A stretch of 48,997 nucleotides of DNA, from contig DAHWIK010000038.1 in NCBI GenBank assembly GCA_027345185.1, positions 1-48,997 of the forward strand, given 5' to 3'. Numbering within the stretch: position 1 is the first letter of the stretch; every line of letters starts with the position of its first letter. A program made the translations under genes and the position numbers. The stretch is from Candidatus Micrarchaeota archaeon. GTDB lineage: Archaea; Micrarchaeota; Micrarchaeia; Micrarchaeales; CABMGC01. The notes beneath the pieces were generated by a model. That model was not told the DNA's origin and searched no databases. It saw nothing but the letters and a program-made list of their open reading frames with translations. Shown here piece after piece: positions 25,862 through 34,431 of this stretch.

Positions 25862-27097
25862 ATGCGGATAAATAGGATAGTTGTCTTGGGCAACAAGGAC
25901 CATGGCAAATCCACTATTATAGGCAGCATGCTCATAGCAACAAAATCCGTTTCCGAGGAAAGGGTAAAAGAGGCAAGAAGGCAGAGCAAGAGGCTTGGAA
26001 AGAGGTTCGAGCCGGGCTTCATACTAGACAGCTTTTCCGCAGAACGCGAAGGCGGGCTGACAATCGACGCGTCAATGGCGCAGATAAAATACAGAGACTC
26101 TGCGTTCGAGCTCATAGACGTGCCGGGCCATGAGGAGCTGATAAAGAACATGGTAAGCGGGGCATCATATGCCAAGTTCGCCATTCTGGCAGTATCAGCT
26201 AAAAGAAGTGAGGGAATCTGCCCGCAGACAAAGAGGCACGTTTTCCTTGCCAAGATGCTCGGCATAAATAACATAATAGTAGCAGTAAACAAGATGGATA
26301 CTGTCGGATACAGCGAGAGCAGGTTTAATGAGCTAAAGCATGAGCTATGCATATTCTTGGATAGAATTGGAATAGAAAGCAAAAATGTCAAGTTTGTGCC
26401 GATATCCGCTTACAATTCAGATAATCTTGCAAGCGTATCAAAAAATATCCGGTGGCACTCAGGCAAGTCACTGCTTGAAGAGATGAGAATCCTGTCAAAA
26501 CACGGAAACGATGCGGCATCTGATGGAAATCTGCGGGTCATACTACAGGGAAGCATGATGCACGGAACAGATTCCCTGCTTATAGGAAATGTTGCAAGTG
26601 GGACAGTAAAGGCCGGCAGCATGGTAAGGATACTGCCCATCGGAACAGCATCAAGGATAAGCACGCTGTTTGTAAAAGGCCAAAAGAGAAGATATGCAAA
26701 TGCCGGAGAAAATGTTGCCATAAAGCTCGATAGTCAAGTTAGCGCCGATTTAAGGGGCGCAGTGGTATACAACTACGACTACAAAAATGCGAACGTTGCA
26801 AACCATTTAGATGCACTAATCTTCATGACCAAGAAGATCAAAGTAGGCGTGTCAATAAAGTTCAACGGAATCGAGCTCAATGGAAAGGTAAAGATAAAGA
26901 CGGTGATTGACACTGCAGATGGCTCAGAAAACGGTCCAAAGCATGAACAACCTCTGAACGCCGCAGTTGTCCGCATAGAGCTCGAACACGGAGTACCCGC
27001 AGAGCCGTTCAACTCTTCAAAAGAGCTTGGCCGATTCGTGCTTTATCAGGCAGGCAAATTTTCAGGAATCGGGATAATAAGCTCGGTCTCAAAATAA
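25862..27097 (+). CDS. cysN: CysN-type translational-family GTPase (sulfate adenylyltransferase subunit 1-like, no APS kinase domain)
   Basis: G1 GNKDHGKST, AEREGGLTID, G3 DVPGHEE and G4 NKMD. The PQTKRHVFLAKMLGINNIIVAVNKMD and FVPISAYNSDN blocks are collinear with E. coli CysN. Two beta-barrel domains follow. Confidence 0.78.
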   Translation: MRINRIVVLGNKDHGKSTIIGSMLIATKSVSEERVKEARRQSKRLGKRFEPGFILDSFSAEREGGLTIDASMAQIKYRDSAFELIDVPGHEELIKNMVSGASYAKFAILAVSAKRSEGICPQTKRHVFLAKMLGINNIIVAVNKMDTVGYSESRFNELKHELCIFLDRIGIESKNVKFVPISAYNSDNLASVSKNIRWHSGKSLLEEMRILSKHGNDAASDGNLRVILQGSMMHGTDSLLIGNVASGTVKAGSMVRILPIGTASRISTLFVKGQKRRYANAGENVAIKLDSQVSADLRGAVVYNYDYKNANVANHLDALIFMTKKIKVGVSIKFNGIELNGKVKIKTVIDTADGSENGPKHEQPLNAAVVRIELEHGVPAEPFNSSKELGRFVLYQAGKFSGIGIISSVSK

Positions 27098-27114
27098 ATC
27101 ATATTTGCCGCGTT

Positions 27115-27441
27115 TTACATTCCGCGTAGCCTAAGCATAAGGGCTCTTGTAATTAAGAAGCGTTCATTTCCCAGTACACTTGCTACTTTCTCGTTTTCGT
27201 AATCCCTAACCAGCGAATGTATCCCTTTTCTCTGTGCCTGCTTTATCTTCCCTTCCGGTGAGTCATCCAGGATATACCCAGGATTCTCATGTATCCTGTC
27301 ATTCGGATCAGGTATCCAGGATCTATTGTCCAGATAAACTATGGCTTTCAGTGCTTCCGACGGCTTGCCTGACTCAAGTGACCTTCTCACCGATTCCACA
27401 GAGAACCTCTCGCTCCTTTTCTCGCTCATTTTTTGAAACAT
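27115..27441 (-). CDS. Hypothetical 108-aa protein downstream of the CysH-fold gene
   Basis: ORF only, with no recognisable motif. It lies 84 nt downstream of the preceding same-strand gene and is convergent with cysN. Confidence 0.4.
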   Translation of the reverse strand: MFQKMSEKRSERFSVESVRRSLESGKPSEALKAIVYLDNRSWIPDPNDRIHENPGYILDDSPEGKIKQAQRKGIHSLVRDYENEKVASVLGNERFLITRALMLRLRGM

Positions 27442-27525
27442 CCCCGTATTATCACCATTAGGGCAGTGTGAAGCCTGCCAAACACCACGGCAGGCTCCAT
27501 TATCAAGATTCTCTTTAATCGGGTC

Positions 27526-28320
27526 TTAGGTGTAACCCAAAGCCCTGAGCTTCTTCATCACCCTCTCCCTTGCAACTCCCCTTCCTGCTCTTTCATGCAT
27601 TCCAGGGTTCTTGTTAGGCGTGGTGTCGATCGTGGAGCCCAGTGAAGTATAACCTCTGTCATAAAGCGGATGGTATGGGAGCTTGTTTGATTTTATGTAC
27701 TCGATCACGTTCTCCCTTCTCCAGAACAGCAGCGGATGCACTCTTATATGAACTGGATTGTGCCTGACAGAGAACAGGTTTTCCTTTGCCCTCTCCTCAT
27801 GCTCAGTTCCTCTTATGCCGTTAATGAAGGCGTCAAAGTCCAGTGTCCTTATCCCTCTGTTAAGGGGCTCTATTTTATGGTATTTATTGAATTCCAAAGT
27901 AAATCTAGGCGTTCCCTTTCCGTATTTTTTTGTAAATTCCCCAAGTCTGTCCTTTCCGGCCCTAACAGTAGTAAGGCTCTCAATGTTCCATTCCGTCCTA
28001 ATCCTTTCTATAAAACCTGCCGTTTCTGGGAATTCGTATCTAGTATCAACGAACAGCACTGGCACATCTGGCTTGAGCTGCAATAGCATATGCAACAGCA
28101 CTTCGCTGTCAGCTCCACCGCTGAACCCTACGCCCACATTCCTATATCTCCTGATCGCTTCCTTAATCACTTCCCTGCTCTTCTTCACTTTCTTTTCCAA
28201 AGGCCAGTCAATCATTGCCTTTATCTCAGGCTTCATCAGGTCTATGCATCTCTGGGTCCTGTCGCTTCCAAATTCATCTGCAGGGGGGCTGTTGGGTTCC
28301 GCTTCGTTTTTATTTGACAT
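27526..28320 (-). CDS. PAPS reductase (CysH)-fold PP-loop protein lacking the catalytic C-terminal Cys motif and carrying a CysD-type tail
   Basis: FSGGADS PP-loop. KPDVPVLFVDTRYEFPET, KIEPLNRGI and LPYHPLYDRGYTSLGS are collinear with E. coli CysH. The C-terminus is ERAGRGVARERVMKKLRALGYT where CysH has ECGLH. Confidence 0.75.
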   Translation of the reverse strand: MSNKNEAEPNSPPADEFGSDRTQRCIDLMKPEIKAMIDWPLEKKVKKSREVIKEAIRRYRNVGVGFSGGADSEVLLHMLLQLKPDVPVLFVDTRYEFPETAGFIERIRTEWNIESLTTVRAGKDRLGEFTKKYGKGTPRFTLEFNKYHKIEPLNRGIRTLDFDAFINGIRGTEHEERAKENLFSVRHNPVHIRVHPLLFWRRENVIEYIKSNKLPYHPLYDRGYTSLGSTIDTTPNKNPGMHERAGRGVARERVMKKLRALGYT

Positions 28321-28343
28321 TCAATCACTTAAATATAGTTTAA

Positions 28344-28363
28344 TGTAATAACATGTTACTACA
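28344..28363. promoter_or_regulatory. Imperfect 20-bp palindrome TGTAATAACATGTTACTACA (perfect core TAACATGTTA) in a divergent promoter region
   Basis: Read directly. It lies 24 nt upstream of the CysH-fold gene start at 28320 and about 100 nt upstream of the GT-C gene. Confidence 0.45.
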
Positions 28364-28461
28364 TGCAAATATATAAACCTTTGTTTTTGGCTCCAATAGA
28401 AGGGCTAATCAAGCTGGACCTTCGCAGTGTTTTTAAATTCACACCCATAATACCTAAATAA

Positions 28462-30759
28462 ATGGGCACCAATTTGAAGCACAAAATAAAAGAGCATGTA
28501 TCGGCTGCAAAGCCATACTGCAAGCCATTTCTGATATACCTTGCAATATCCCTGGTCATGTTCTGGCAGGTTACAGCGAATATATTCGGTTATGTGGTGA
28601 ACGGCCACGGAGACGTATACCAGAGCCTGTTCAACCTATGGTGGGCTCCGTATTCGGTTTTTATGCTGCACCAATCACCATATTTCACCAATCTCCTGTT
28701 TAGTCCTATCGGTGCAAATCTTGCCACACAAACATTAATGCCGCTGGCAGGGATTATCACCGCTCCACTGCAGCTTGTCAGCCCTGCATTTGCCTACAAT
28801 GCGCTCTTCTTCAGCAGTTTTGCGCTGTCTGGCATATTCATGTTCTATCTTGCAGAATATCTGCTCAAGAACAGATACGCGGCTTTCATAGCTGGACTTG
28901 TCTACGCCTTTGCTCCGATGCACATAGCCCAATCCTACATCCACCTTGACTGGACCATAATAGAATGGATCCCGTTATTACTCCTGTTCTATATTAAAAC
29001 CATAAATGAGCGCAAGATGAAATATGCCTTCTTGGCTGCCGTTAGTCTAGTACTTGCAACCTTCATGGGAGACATTGAGCAGGGGATAATGGCATCATTG
29101 GCCATAGCCTTATTCACGATACTGTACTTCGTATTTAATCGGAAGGACATACTGGGCCAGCTTCGGCCATATCTTACCTACATATGCTATTTCCTAATGT
29201 TTACTTTTGTAATGTGCATCCCATTCCTTATTGCCATGCTTCCTTACCTAAACGGCAACGCCTTATCCACCGCGCAGCAGGGCTCCAGTACCTTGAGCAA
29301 CATGCTTGAGAGCAACAATCTCCTCTCATTTTTCCTTCCGAGCTATTACAACGGGATTTTCCATTCCCTATCCTTGTCGTATGCTCCTGATATATACTCG
29401 TTGACTTCTGCTGGGATTACATACCAAACCACAGTGGCCACATCGCACGGGTTCGAGTACATAATGAACATAAATGAGCGCGTTTCGTATATCGGATATA
29501 CTGTTCTTGCATTGACAGCCGTTGGCCTGTACTCTGATTTCAAGAAGAACAAGCTTCAGCACCTTGGAATATGGCTTGTGCTAGGAATAATATTTGCCTG
29601 GCTATCCCTTGGGCCTTACATACAGATAGGCAGCGATATAACCGGCATACCATCATTATACCTCATTTATAAATATATCCCAATTCTCAACATAATAAGA
29701 GAACCGGGGAGATTTGACCTGATATTTACCCTCTGCCTGGGAATAATGGCCGCATTCGGGTTCCAGCACCTAGTAAAGGATAAGGGCGGAAAAGCCGCAT
29801 TCAGGTACGCTGCCATAATATCTATACTAATACTTATAGAATACAACGGCATGCCTCTGTCAGGATCTTTTGCAAACTCCCTGATAACTTCCACCAGGGT
29901 GCCATCGGTGTACAATGAACTTGGAAATATAACCAAAAACTTTTCAGTCCTTATACTGCCCGCCCTTGCAAACACATCGTCATCGCCAGTCCAGTACCCT
30001 GGCCTTGAGACATACTACGTATCCGTGCTTCATAAGCCGATAATGGGGGGATATACAAGCAGGGAAAACAGCAGCCAAACAAGCTCAATAAGCGAAATAC
30101 CACTAGCAATCTCTGCTACTGCACTGGAAGAGGGCAGAGGATTGGCATACGCATCGCCCATAAATGAAAATGAAAGCAATGTGACTCTGTTCTGGCTTGC
30201 CAATTCTAACGTCCATTTCGTTTCAGTAATAAGATCTGCATACAACGGCTCTGAGCAGCAACAGCTATACGCGTACCTGAGTGGCTTATTCGGCCAGCCG
30301 GTCTACCAAGACAATTCTACATATGTTTTCGGGACCAGCGGGGCAATTTCAAGATCCATGGGCAAATCATCAATCGCATATCTTATAGGAAACTGGACCT
30401 ACGGCAGTACCATCCTGGGCCCATCGTTTTGCAACCAGAACCTGCAGTGCAACCCAACAAACGCAAATGCCTGGTGGGGGTTCAATCCGAGGGGCATGGA
30501 GATATTTTCTCCAGAAACAGAAAAAACCCGCATCTCCTTTTCGGTGCACACCTATTTGCAGAATAACACAAACTTAGAGATCGCCCTAAATAACGAGGTT
30601 ATCGGCAATGTCAATTTGTACACGACACCGGAAGAGTATTCGCTGAATGTCACATTATCAAAAGGATTTAATGAGCTGGAATTTTATGACCCAAATTTGA
30701 TTATCCCAACCCAAGCCCAGTATATAACTTATGGCATAGAAAACATAACGATAATATGA
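28462..30759 (+). CDS. Polytopic membrane protein with a large C-terminal extracytoplasmic domain (GT-C-fold glycosyltransferase-like, YfhO/PMT/ArnT-like)
   Basis: More than 10 predicted TM helices over about 450 aa. An acidic motif (NGHGDVYQ) sits in the first loop. The ~300-aa soluble C-terminal domain carries sequons. Confidence 0.45.
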   Translation: MGTNLKHKIKEHVSAAKPYCKPFLIYLAISLVMFWQVTANIFGYVVNGHGDVYQSLFNLWWAPYSVFMLHQSPYFTNLLFSPIGANLATQTLMPLAGIITAPLQLVSPAFAYNALFFSSFALSGIFMFYLAEYLLKNRYAAFIAGLVYAFAPMHIAQSYIHLDWTIIEWIPLLLLFYIKTINERKMKYAFLAAVSLVLATFMGDIEQGIMASLAIALFTILYFVFNRKDILGQLRPYLTYICYFLMFTFVMCIPFLIAMLPYLNGNALSTAQQGSSTLSNMLESNNLLSFFLPSYYNGIFHSLSLSYAPDIYSLTSAGITYQTTVATSHGFEYIMNINERVSYIGYTVLALTAVGLYSDFKKNKLQHLGIWLVLGIIFAWLSLGPYIQIGSDITGIPSLYLIYKYIPILNIIREPGRFDLIFTLCLGIMAAFGFQHLVKDKGGKAAFRYAAIISILILIEYNGMPLSGSFANSLITSTRVPSVYNELGNITKNFSVLILPALANTSSSPVQYPGLETYYVSVLHKPIMGGYTSRENSSQTSSISEIPLAISATALEEGRGLAYASPINENESNVTLFWLANSNVHFVSVIRSAYNGSEQQQLYAYLSGLFGQPVYQDNSTYVFGTSGAISRSMGKSSIAYLIGNWTYGSTILGPSFCNQNLQCNPTNANAWWGFNPRGMEIFSPETEKTRISFSVHTYLQNNTNLEIALNNEVIGNVNLYTTPEEYSLNVTLSKGFNELEFYDPNLIIPTQAQYITYGIENITII

Positions 30760-30871
30760 TGGCCAGAAGCCCGGGATTTGTGAATTCGACGTGAAAGCCA
30801 GCCTTCTGGGTCTTCTCCAACTCATATTATAAATCATCGCCCCAAATAAAGTTATCCATAAGATGGGATAG

Positions 30872-32338
30872 ATGAAGAAACTTTACATGATTGGAATAGA
30901 CGCGGTTCCTTTATGGATACTTGAGCAGCTTAGGAAGGAGAAGGGCCTGGGGATATTCGATAAGATGCTTAAGGACGGCACCATTGTGGACATGGAATCA
31001 ACGCTGCCTCCGATGACCGGCCCTGCCTGGCCCACGATATACACTGGCCTTAAGCCAGGCGAGCATGGAGTTCCGGATTTTTTCACGATGAGCAGGGACT
31101 ACACTCCGGATCTGGCATTCTATGACTCATACAGTGTGCCTCCATTCTGGAAGAAGCTGGCAGAAGATGGGAAAAAGTGCCTCTTGATAACTCCTGCAAC
31201 AGACATAACGCTTCCTGACTATGCGAATGTAGACATGATAACCGGATTTCCGCTTCCTGCAAAGTCGAACACAAAAGAACTCAGGAGCCTGATGAAAAAG
31301 TACAAATTTAAAGGGGAGCCTGACATAGAAGCGGACATAAAAAGCGGGAAGATGAGCATAGACGAGGCTGTAAGGGAATTTATCAGGAGCATAAGGGCAA
31401 GGGTATCGATAGCCAAGGAGATGATGGCCCAGAAAGACTACGATTTTATCTATGTCTGCTTTACAGAGACGGACAGGATACAGCATTTCATAATGGGAGA
31501 AAAGAACATGAAGGAGCACATACTTCCAATATACGCGGAGCTTGCGTCATTCGTGGATGACATTGCCAAGTCTGCGGAGAAAGAGGGCTCGCTTATGATC
31601 GTAGTATCGGATCATGGAATGCAGCCTATAAAGGGCAAATTCCTTATAAATTCTTGGATGGTCAACAACGGATATGCCAGATTTAAGGAATCTTTCGCAA
31701 ATTCAATGAAGGGCTCAGGAAAAGAGGGCTCAATATCATACAGCGTAAGAGAGAAGCTGCTCAAGACAAAACTTAGGAAGGTATATGATAAGATGCCTCA
31801 TCAGGTGAAGAGGGCCACGTTCAAGATGATGGGGTCAGCGTTTTCAGGGTCTGCGTCAGGAGAGTATGTAAGGATGCATCTCTTTGATCTTGACATGGGT
31901 GTCACAAAAGCCTTTGCAGCCATAGCAAACGAACCTGTGTCGACAATATGGATAAACGACGAGCGCTTCTCCAGCCCTACTGTCAGCAAAAAAGATAAGG
32001 ATAAACTTAAGTCAGAACTGATAAGCGGCCTGAAAAAGGTAAAAACCCCAGAAGGCGAACAGCTCATAGTCGATGTGATCGATGGTGACTCATATTACGG
32101 GAAAACCAAAAAGTTCATGGCTCCAGACCTGTTCATAGAGGCCAGGAAGGGCTACACCATAGACCTGTTTTACTACTCAACGAGCACGAACTTCATGAGG
32201 CCGGAAGGCGCCAAGAGCGGTGACCACCTGAGGAGTGGCATATTCGGATACTATCCGAAGACATTCAAGATCGACACAAAAGGCATGAACGTGGCCGATG
32301 TAATGCCGACAGTGCTTAGATACTTCAATTCAGGATAG
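30872..32338 (+). CDS. Alkaline-phosphatase superfamily enzyme (type I phosphodiesterase / nucleotide pyrophosphatase family)
   Basis: IGIDAVP, STLPPMTGPAWPTIYTGLKPGEHGV and VVSDHGM are metal-ligand and nucleophile blocks of this family. No signal peptide. Confidence 0.7.
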   Translation: MKKLYMIGIDAVPLWILEQLRKEKGLGIFDKMLKDGTIVDMESTLPPMTGPAWPTIYTGLKPGEHGVPDFFTMSRDYTPDLAFYDSYSVPPFWKKLAEDGKKCLLITPATDITLPDYANVDMITGFPLPAKSNTKELRSLMKKYKFKGEPDIEADIKSGKMSIDEAVREFIRSIRARVSIAKEMMAQKDYDFIYVCFTETDRIQHFIMGEKNMKEHILPIYAELASFVDDIAKSAEKEGSLMIVVSDHGMQPIKGKFLINSWMVNNGYARFKESFANSMKGSGKEGSISYSVREKLLKTKLRKVYDKMPHQVKRATFKMMGSAFSGSASGEYVRMHLFDLDMGVTKAFAAIANEPVSTIWINDERFSSPTVSKKDKDKLKSELISGLKKVKTPEGEQLIVDVIDGDSYYGKTKKFMAPDLFIEARKGYTIDLFYYSTSTNFMRPEGAKSGDHLRSGIFGYYPKTFKIDTKGMNVADVMPTVLRYFNSG

Positions 32339-32351
32339 AAGAGGTGATTGC

Positions 32352-33563
32352 GTGAAGGTACTCATAATGGATCTTGGATCAAAGTTCAACGAATTCGGAG
32401 GCCAGGCGCGGATCGCGGCAATTCTCAACAAGAAGCTCAGCAGGTACTTCAGGACATATTATCTCGGATATTCCACCTCTTACTCGAACGGGATGAAGCG
32501 CCCCATATTCATCAAGAGGGGAAAGACCCTAGGCGTATCCGTAAGGAAGAGTGGCATAAGCGAGATGTGGGTTCCCAGGTTCGCATACAACCTGTTCATA
32601 GTCCACAGGATGGCCGACCTTGACAAGGAGTCGCTTCTGTCAAAGGTAAAGGCGATAGGCCCTGACGTCATTATTGCCAATTCAATACAGGACATAAATC
32701 TGCTCAGGTTCTTCAGGAAGCGCGGATTGGGCTTCAAGTCCGTCTACATAGACCACGGCAGCGTCTCCACAAGCATAAACGGCTATCTTTCAAAGGAGGG
32801 GATACCCCTCACCGTGGGCACCGGCATAAACTCCTTGACCGTCTCGCAGAAGAAGGGCAAGTTCTTCAATTTCTACGACGTTAACGTGGCGCTTAACCAC
32901 GAACAGCTGAAGAGCATGTGCAATTTCACTGATAGGGTAGCCCTGATCCAGAACGGACTGAACATAAAGCCTGGAAAAGATGCATCAATAGAGCGCAGGT
33001 TCAGGAAAAAGTTCGGGATAAAGGCAAATGATTTTGTAGTGCTGTACATCGGCAGGATGTTCGACAGGCAGAAAAATGTAGGCGCGCTCATACGCGCGTT
33101 CATGGGCGCGGAAGGCAAGCGCCTCAAGCTCCTGCTGGTTGGTGAAGGGCCGTCGCTTTCGGGCTACAAAAGGCTTGCAGAAGCAGACAAAAGGGTCATA
33201 TTTGCCGGAAGCGCAAAAGAGGGCGAGATAAGTGCCATATACAGCATATCCAATCTCTTTGTCCTGCCGTCGTTTTGGGAGGGCTTCAGCCTTACCATAA
33301 TCGAAGCTGCGTCGCACTCGCTTCCCATGGCGCTATCTGATAATGCATACATAGAGGACCTTAAAGGTAATGGAATAGGGGAGATAACCTCGTTCAACCC
33401 AAACAGCGAGTCGGAGATAAGGGATAGCATACTAGAGCTCTACAGAAACAGGGCAAAGAGAGCCAGGGCCGTAAGTGCGTCAATCAAGATAAAAGAGATG
33501 TTCACGGAGAAGAGGATGGTGGAGAAATACAGGGATCTACTTGAAAAATTGGCAAAATCCTAG
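32352..33563 (+). CDS. GT4-family (GT-B fold) glycosyltransferase
   Basis: LPSFWEGFSLTIIEAASHSLP (E-x7-E motif). The GTG start is preceded by GAGGTGA at 32341-32347. Confidence 0.8.
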   Translation: MKVLIMDLGSKFNEFGGQARIAAILNKKLSRYFRTYYLGYSTSYSNGMKRPIFIKRGKTLGVSVRKSGISEMWVPRFAYNLFIVHRMADLDKESLLSKVKAIGPDVIIANSIQDINLLRFFRKRGLGFKSVYIDHGSVSTSINGYLSKEGIPLTVGTGINSLTVSQKKGKFFNFYDVNVALNHEQLKSMCNFTDRVALIQNGLNIKPGKDASIERRFRKKFGIKANDFVVLYIGRMFDRQKNVGALIRAFMGAEGKRLKLLLVGEGPSLSGYKRLAEADKRVIFAGSAKEGEISAIYSISNLFVLPSFWEGFSLTIIEAASHSLPMALSDNAYIEDLKGNGIGEITSFNPNSESEIRDSILELYRNRAKRARAVSASIKIKEMFTEKRMVEKYRDLLEKLAKS

Positions 33564-33564
33564 C

Positions 33565-34395
33565 CTAGACGAATGCAATGCTTGAATATGAGACCACAGA
33601 ATCGTAGTCCCCGGTCACATTCCCGGAATTAGAGTATTTGAGCAGGATTCCCTCCTTTGCGCCTCTGTTCTTTGCGAACATCGCAGACACCGTTATGGGG
33701 CCGTATCCGCATGCGCTGTCATCCAGTTCCTCTATCTTCCCGTGGAATTGCTCGAACCTAAGCCCTTTTAGCTCCTCTATGGCCTGCATGTCCTTTTCCT
33801 CAGCAATCTTCGCCGGTTCATAATGGTCGAAGTCCGAGCTGGCAATTACTACGATATTCCTGCCCAGCCTCTTTGCCCCTTTCAATATTGCCGAAGAGAG
33901 CATCATGCAGTAATCAAGGGACTGGTTGCCCATGCATACAAAGCAGCATCTGGGACGTTCAACTACCCTCTGAAGAAAAGGAAGCTGGACCTCAACCGAG
34001 TGCTCCAGACTATGCGCTTCTTCGTCTATAGATATCCTTTCAGATTGCAATGCAATCTCATTTGATAGCTCAAGGTCATTGTCTACCAAACCAAGTGGAG
34101 TATTCCAATCAGCCATGGAAACCGAGACAGGATACCCCAGCCCTGTGTGGTTTGGGCCTATGATGACAAATGTATCTATCTTGTCAAGATCCTTTTTCAT
34201 TGATAAGGCCTTGTAAGTGAAGGCCGCAACCTGCCCAGAATACCTGTATCCTGCGTGCGGCGCAACATATGATACTGCATCTCCCACCGAATTACCGGAA
34301 AGCCTCGCATTGCCAAGGAAGCCGTCGATCTCTTCCTTAAGCTTTTCACTGCGCCCAGTATAAAAGGCATTGGCCACTGCAGGTTCGCGTTGCAT
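33565..34395 (-). CDS. MEMO1-family protein (AmmeMemoRadiSam system protein B-like)
   Basis: PAVANAFYTG, YVAPHAGYRYSG, IIGPNH and EHSVEVQLPFLQ blocks. Confidence 0.8.
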   Translation of the reverse strand: MQREPAVANAFYTGRSEKLKEEIDGFLGNARLSGNSVGDAVSYVAPHAGYRYSGQVAAFTYKALSMKKDLDKIDTFVIIGPNHTGLGYPVSVSMADWNTPLGLVDNDLELSNEIALQSERISIDEEAHSLEHSVEVQLPFLQRVVERPRCCFVCMGNQSLDYCMMLSSAILKGAKRLGRNIVVIASSDFDHYEPAKIAEEKDMQAIEELKGLRFEQFHGKIEELDDSACGYGPITVSAMFAKNRGAKEGILLKYSNSGNVTGDYDSVVSYSSIAFV

Positions 34396-34431
34396 GAAAA
34401 CACATTTTAATATGAACTTCAGATTACTTAT

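Noticed and set aside
25654-26391. 245-aa minus-strand ORF spanning the cysD-cysN junction
   Set aside because: It is antisense to two genes with strong collinear homology to CysD and CysN. It is Ser/Leu-rich and has no motifs.
27758-28348. 196-aa plus-strand ORF opposite the CysH-fold gene
   Set aside because: It is antisense to a gene with clear PAPS-reductase-fold blocks, and its sequence is low-complexity Ser/Leu.
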